NCBI GenBank assembly: GCA_033762115.1
Contig: JANRLX010000024.1
Location: 1-40,948 of the forward strand
Reading direction: 5' to 3'
DNA: 40,948 nt
Source of the DNA: Verrucomicrobiota bacterium
GTDB lineage: Bacteria; Verrucomicrobiota; Verrucomicrobiia; Limisphaerales; SXQI01
A program made the translations under genes and the position numbers. Shown piece after piece: positions 36,421 through 40,948 of the stretch (position 1 is its first letter; every line of letters begins with the position of its first letter). The notes beneath the pieces are model-generated. The model was not told the origin of the DNA and did not search any database. It was given only the letters and a program-made list of their open reading frames with translations.

Positions 36421-37173
36421 CTATTCCAGGAGGTTGCGGGCAACTGTCCAAACGCAAACAGTGGCAGCGCCATGTTGTCGCAAAATTCGGGCACAGGCAT
36501 CCGCTGTGGCACCGGTCGTGAGGACGTCATCAATTAAAACGACCCGTTCTCCTGCGATTGACAGTTTGCCAGTGAAGGCAAAGGCTTCTTTAACGTTCTC
36601 CAGACGCTCTTTTCGGGAAAGGCGCGTTTGAGTGGTTGTAAAATGGGTTCGTTCAAGAACTGATTCTGCACAGCGGATGCCTGTTGCGTGGCTCAACAGA
36701 CGTGCAAGCCGGGTTGCCTGATTGAATTCCCTCTCTCGCTGTTTCACGGGGTGAAGCGGAATTGGCACGATCAGGGTAGAAGCGGATTCGCGAAGTTTGT
36801 CCGAGGCCCGATCTGTCAGAAGTCGCCCGAGGAATGGTTCGAACCAAAGATGCCGCGAGTATTTGTACCGGTGAATGATATCCTGGACGATTCCGCGGTA
36901 ACGCACCACCGCACGTGCGTAGTCAAAATGCAACTCCCTGTCTGAACAATTACTGCAGGTGAACTCGGCGCTGATTTCTCCATCATAAGGCAAACCGCAA
37001 CGTGCGCAGAAAGGGGGCTCAATCAGTTTGACCCCATCAGGCCCGTTCCGGCATTCAGCACAGACATATCCCTCCGTTTGAATTGCCCGGTGCTGATAAC
37101 AAACCTGGCAGGTGGGCGGGTAAAAAAGATTAAGAAAACTGTCTTTAAGATGAGCAAGGCCGGTCAGCGACAT
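36421..37173 (-). CDS. comF: ComF family protein (zinc ribbon plus PRTase domain)
   Basis: Four CxxC pairs, REFNQA, LIDDVLTTGAT. Confidence 0.9.
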   Translation of the reverse strand: MSLTGLAHLKDSFLNLFYPPTCQVCYQHRAIQTEGYVCAECRNGPDGVKLIEPPFCARCGLPYDGEISAEFTCSNCSDRELHFDYARAVVRYRGIVQDIIHRYKYSRHLWFEPFLGRLLTDRASDKLRESASTLIVPIPLHPVKQREREFNQATRLARLLSHATGIRCAESVLERTHFTTTQTRLSRKERLENVKEAFAFTGKLSIAGERVVLIDDVLTTGATADACARILRQHGAATVCVWTVARNLLE

Positions 37174-38059
37174 AAGGAACTTCCATCATCTGCCGTTCGC
37201 GCGGACGCAGCAGGAAGTAAAAGCAGACCGCGAGCATGACTCCAAATGCCCACCATTGATCGACGATTTTATCGGAAAATTGTCCTGGATGACCAGAAGT
37301 AAAGAAGGTGAATGTTTTTAGAAAAAACACCAGAGAGGCGTGGGCCCCAATGGAAAAATAAAGTGAACCTGACCGTTCGTAGGCGAGGGCTAGAATCATT
37401 CCGAGCACTGAAAGGGTAAAGAATGCCGGAAAGAGCGCATTAATGTCGCCAAAGCCACGGCACATCTGCGCAAGGATGTAAAAACCGGAATCCCATTGGA
37501 CGAAAAGGGGATTCTGCGGTTTTTCAAAAAAGTGGACCAAAGCGTAAATCGCGCTGCTCACAACGAGGGCCCCCATCCGATGCCAACCTCGCCGCATGGC
37601 ATTAAAAATCCCTCCACGAAACAGAACCTCCTCAATCGTGGCGACGAACGCTCCCGCCACGAGAGCATTTTTCAGATGCTTGAAAACTTCAGCGGAACTG
37701 TGGTGAAAATTCCAGTGACGGGCCCCTGTGGCCATGGAGATGGCGGCGGTAGTGGCGATCAATCCGAAGCCAAGGAGCAACCCGCCACCCAATTGCTTCA
37801 TCAATTCCGGTTCCCGCCGTAAACCCAGGTCAACCCGGTTGCGGATTCCCAATGAGCGCAACAATGGAAATAAGCCAGCAAGGGCGAAAAGGAGCAAACA
37901 TCGGTTGACGACCCGATGAAACGGGGTCTGGGCGAATTTTTCAAAGAGGGGCCATTGCGCTCCAGCCTCCTGCAGCAATCCAAACGTGATCGGGGCGATC
38001 AGGGCGGCTCCCCCAAAAACAGCAACCAGATAAATTGCCAGTGCTGTAATGTGCCGCAT
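37145..38059 (-). CDS. CPBP (Abi/CAAX) intramembrane metalloprotease
   Basis: EEVLFRG, YALVH, SIGAH motifs; multiple TMs; ATG 38059. Confidence 0.88.
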   Translation of the reverse strand: MRHITALAIYLVAVFGGAALIAPITFGLLQEAGAQWPLFEKFAQTPFHRVVNRCLLLFALAGLFPLLRSLGIRNRVDLGLRREPELMKQLGGGLLLGFGLIATTAAISMATGARHWNFHHSSAEVFKHLKNALVAGAFVATIEEVLFRGGIFNAMRRGWHRMGALVVSSAIYALVHFFEKPQNPLFVQWDSGFYILAQMCRGFGDINALFPAFFTLSVLGMILALAYERSGSLYFSIGAHASLVFFLKTFTFFTSGHPGQFSDKIVDQWWAFGVMLAVCFYFLLRPRERQMMEVPYVADRPCSS

Positions 38060-38065
38060 GCGAGT

Positions 38066-38094
38066 AGTCTTGAAGGGTGGCGATAAAGTGTCAA
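38066..38094 (-). promoter_or_regulatory. Putative sigma70 promoter giving a leaderless CPBP-comF transcript
   Basis: TTGACA (38094-38089), 17 bp, AAGACT (38071-38066), 6 bp, ATG; no SD. Confidence 0.55.
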
Positions 38095-38792
38095 TACGTC
38101 GATCCACTGATCCTTTGAGAGAGCAGAAGGTCAAGGTAAGGGAGGTCGGAAGGGGAAGTAGCCTTCGGGTTGGGTGTCCTGGCTTCAACCAATTTCACAG
38201 GTTGGCCAATAATTTCACAGGCGGCGGTATCGTCGGTCACTGAGAGATTCCGCTCAATAACGGTCTGCAACGCGGCTCTCAAGGTCTGGAGTTTAAATAT
38301 TTGAGGAGTTTGCACGGACCAAAGACGGGAACGGTCGATATTCCGTGAAATCATATCCTCGTTCGCAGAGGCTTCCTTGATCGTGTCGGTAATTTTTTGA
38401 GCAGAAACAGCGGCACCGACGATGCGTGCTGCACTCAATGTATCGTTAAAAATTTGATATGTGACGCAGGGACGGGCTCCATCCTGCACCGCAACAAAAT
38501 CAGTTCCGGGGCTTACTGCATTCAACCCGTTCCAAACAGAATCCTGTCGTTCAGCACCTCCCTGCACCAGGCGGAACGGTTTTGAACATCGAATGCTTCG
38601 AGCAATTTCAGTGAAAGCGTTCTCCATTCCCTGCCGCACAACCAGAACCAGTTCGCTGACTTCCGGGAAGGAATCAAACGCTTTCCAGGTATGCCCGACG
38701 ATGGGAAGTCCCGCGATTTCAAGGAACAGCTTGTCCACATTGGGCCCCATGCGAGTTCCCCGTCCGGCAGCAACGATGATGGCTGTCAGCAT
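38091..38792 (-). CDS. ispD: 2-C-methyl-D-erythritol 4-phosphate cytidylyltransferase
   Basis: AAGRGTRMG, GGAERQDSV, QDGARP (H to Q relative to HDAARP), VQTPQ, TDD, NPKAT. Confidence 0.93.
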   Translation of the reverse strand: MLTAIIVAAGRGTRMGPNVDKLFLEIAGLPIVGHTWKAFDSFPEVSELVLVVRQGMENAFTEIARSIRCSKPFRLVQGGAERQDSVWNGLNAVSPGTDFVAVQDGARPCVTYQIFNDTLSAARIVGAAVSAQKITDTIKEASANEDMISRNIDRSRLWSVQTPQIFKLQTLRAALQTVIERNLSVTDDTAACEIIGQPVKLVEARTPNPKATSPSDLPYLDLLLSQRISGSTY

Positions 38793-38795
38793 CCG

Positions 38796-40706
38796 TCAGG
38801 TGGTTTCCTGTTCTGCCAATGCGCTGGCAGCTTTTTCCCATTCGGCAGTGACCGTTTCGAGACGGTCCTGCACTTCCGTCAGTTCGCGGTTAATACGCAT
38901 CGCCGCTCCAGGCTGTTGATAAGTCTCAGGTTTTTCAAGCTCCTCAGTAAGCGCCGCCTGCCGTTGTTCGAGCTGGGCAATCTCATTTTCCAATACCGTG
39001 ACTGCGTTCTGTTTTTCCTTTTTCAGCTTGGATTTGGCCTGGCGCTCCTCTGCTTCCAAACGTTTCTGCTCCTTTGTTTTTGCTGGTTTTCGTTCCGGCT
39101 CGACTGGTTGGGAAGGTTTATTTCCTGCGACCAACGCGGAGCGGGCCGAGGTGGCTGCTGTCTTATCCAGATAATACTGATAATTGCCCGGGTAAGTTGT
39201 TAATTTGCCGCTGTTGACATGGACCACAGTATTGGCCACGGCGCGGATGAAATGCACATCATGGCTGATGAACACAAGCGTGCCTTGGTACTGTTGCAAG
39301 GCATTCACCAGCGCATCGATACTTGGCATGTCAAGATGGGTGGTGGGCTCATCCATCAGCAGGAGATTGGGTGGGTCGAGCAGTAACTTTACAAGGGCCA
39401 AACGACTTTTTTCACCGCCGCTCAAAACCTTGACCCGTTTGAACACATCGTCCCCGCGGAAAAGAAAAACCCCCAGTAACGTCCTGACGTTCTGTTCCGT
39501 GATCCGTTGCGGCGTGTCGAGCGCCTCCTCCAGGACGGTTCGTTCCAGGTTTAAAGTATCGGCGCGGTATTGGGCGAAGTAACCGGACCGCGCATTGTGG
39601 CCCAGTTCCCGGCTGCCTGACTGAATCGGCATGGCACCGGCCAATAATTTCAGCAGGGTCGACTTTCCTGCGCCATTCGGTCCCACCAGCACAATTCGCT
39701 GGCCTCGCTCGACTTCGAAATTCAGTTGATCGTACACCACGTTCGCGCCATAGGCATGCCGCACATTGGCCAGTCGAATTACCCTCAACCCACTTCGTTC
39801 AGGCTGGGGAAAAATGAAGTCGATCGTGATGGCGTCAGAGACGGGCGCTTCGATCTTTTCCATCCGCTCGATTTGCTTGAGCTTGCTTTGCGCCTGGGCC
39901 GCTTTTGTGTTCTTGGCACGGAACCGGTCCACGAATTCCATCAAATGGGCGATTTCCCGTTGCTGGTTTTTATAACGGGCGAGCAACTGCTCCTCCTGGG
40001 CTTTCCGCTGCAACAGAAATTCATCGTAATTCCCGCGATAACGCACGAGCTGGCGCTGCCTGATCTCAACAATCCCGGTGACCAGATCATTCAGGAACTC
40101 GCGATCATGCGAAATCATCAGGATGGCACCCGGATAAGCGTGCAGGTACTGCTGAAACCAGAGGAGTGATTCCAAATCAAGATGGTTTGTTGGCTCATCC
40201 AGCATCAGCAGGTCAGGTTCCTGCACAAGCAATCTTGCAAGATGGGCTCGCATGACCCAGCCACCGCTGAGTTCCCGGCAGGGGCGCTCGAAATCCTTTT
40301 CACGAAAGCTGAGACCTGCGAGGATGGCCTTGGCTTTTGCCTCCACATTATAACCATCCAGTTCCTCATAACGCGCTTTCGCATGATAATGCTCCGGATC
40401 ATCCGTCAGCATCAAACGCCTCGAAGGGACCATGTCCGGGTGGATGGCGATGGCCAGTTCGATGACTGTTTCCTCACCGACTGGGGCGCTTTCCTGGGGC
40501 AAAAACCCCAGACTCACGTTTCTTTGCATGCTGATCACCCCCGCATCCGGTTCGGATTGCCCAAGAATAAGGGAGAAAAGAGTCGATTTACCCGCGCCAT
40601 TGGGCCCTACGAGCCCAAGCCGGTCTTCACGATTCACCTGAAGCGAGACTTCGTCCAACAAAACCCGCCCACCGTATGACTTAGAGATGCCGCTGATTGT
40701 AAGCAT
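38796..40706 (-). CDS. ABC-F family ATP-binding protein with C-terminal coiled coil (Uup/YheS/YdiF-like)
   Basis: Two ABC domains (GPNGAGKST twice, LSGG twice, DEPT twice), interdomain linker, no TM helices; ATG 40706. Confidence 0.93.
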   Translation of the reverse strand: MLTISGISKSYGGRVLLDEVSLQVNREDRLGLVGPNGAGKSTLFSLILGQSEPDAGVISMQRNVSLGFLPQESAPVGEETVIELAIAIHPDMVPSRRLMLTDDPEHYHAKARYEELDGYNVEAKAKAILAGLSFREKDFERPCRELSGGWVMRAHLARLLVQEPDLLMLDEPTNHLDLESLLWFQQYLHAYPGAILMISHDREFLNDLVTGIVEIRQRQLVRYRGNYDEFLLQRKAQEEQLLARYKNQQREIAHLMEFVDRFRAKNTKAAQAQSKLKQIERMEKIEAPVSDAITIDFIFPQPERSGLRVIRLANVRHAYGANVVYDQLNFEVERGQRIVLVGPNGAGKSTLLKLLAGAMPIQSGSRELGHNARSGYFAQYRADTLNLERTVLEEALDTPQRITEQNVRTLLGVFLFRGDDVFKRVKVLSGGEKSRLALVKLLLDPPNLLLMDEPTTHLDMPSIDALVNALQQYQGTLVFISHDVHFIRAVANTVVHVNSGKLTTYPGNYQYYLDKTAATSARSALVAGNKPSQPVEPERKPAKTKEQKRLEAEERQAKSKLKKEKQNAVTVLENEIAQLEQRQAALTEELEKPETYQQPGAAMRINRELTEVQDRLETVTAEWEKAASALAEQETT

Positions 40707-40744
40707 TATTAACGAGGGCAGAATCTGGTTCAAAGCAGCCTTTG

Positions 40745-40760
40745 TGGCAACCGTTTTGCA
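40745..40760 (+). promoter_or_regulatory. Putative sigma54 (-24/-12) promoter
   Basis: TGGCAA-CCGTT-TTGCA, a near-consensus GG-N10-GC, 38 bp upstream of ATG 40799. Confidence 0.65.
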
Positions 40761-40798
40761 ATCGGAACTGTTTTCGACGATGATGGTGCAGGGGATCT

Positions 40799-40948
40799 AT
40801 GAGATCGATAAACCAGTTTCAAGTGGAGGATGGAATACCGGGGCAGGTTCGCCGACTGCAACATCCTGCTGATCCAAGATTACGGCGAATGCGGGCTTTC
40901 ACAGGTTTTCTGGACACTTGTATCAAATTGCCGGGGGGATACCGCATC
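40799..40948 (+). CDS. DUF4112-like protein, 5' part, truncated by the window edge and absent from the ORF track
   Basis: AGGGGA SD, then an open frame MRSINQ...PRLRRMRAFTGFLDTCIKLPGGYRI that resembles the DUF4112 N-terminus (RL....LD..I.IPG..RIG). Confidence 0.7.
   Translation, partial: MRSINQFQVEDGIPGQVRRLQHPADPRLRRMRAFTGFLDTCIKLPGGYRI

Overview
A 41-kb bacterial chromosomal segment, densely coding (about 43 genes). No rRNA, tRNA, CRISPR array or transposase was recognised. Gene content suggests Verrucomicrobiota (inference only: DUF5069-like protein, Tat-exported Gfo/Idh/MocA oxidoreductases, fused MFS/spermidine-synthase-like proteins). Housekeeping genes include cutA, ndh, nagB-like, gluQ, iscU-like, proC, trpG/pabA, accD, comF, ispD and an ABC-F ATPase. 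Points of interest: (1) a translationally coupled accD-TPR-lipoprotein-MMPL-acyltransferase-LolA-FabZ operon that resembles the anchoring/export half of aryl-polyene clusters but has no KS/ACP in the window; (2) a TA-targeting MITE family with one intact and two decayed copies, the intact copy supplying the stop codons of two convergent genes; (3) a low-GC islet with a nucleotidyltransferase plus a small partner, next to a perfect Rex/CRP-type palindrome; (4) a membrane-anchored GrpE-like protein with an AT-hook-like motif and a clamp/SSB-like C-terminal motif; (5) two sigma54-type promoters, one with candidate enhancer and IHF sites; (6) many apparently leaderless genes; (7) a strong G skew that decays from left to right. 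All family calls come from motif recognition by eye, not from database searches.
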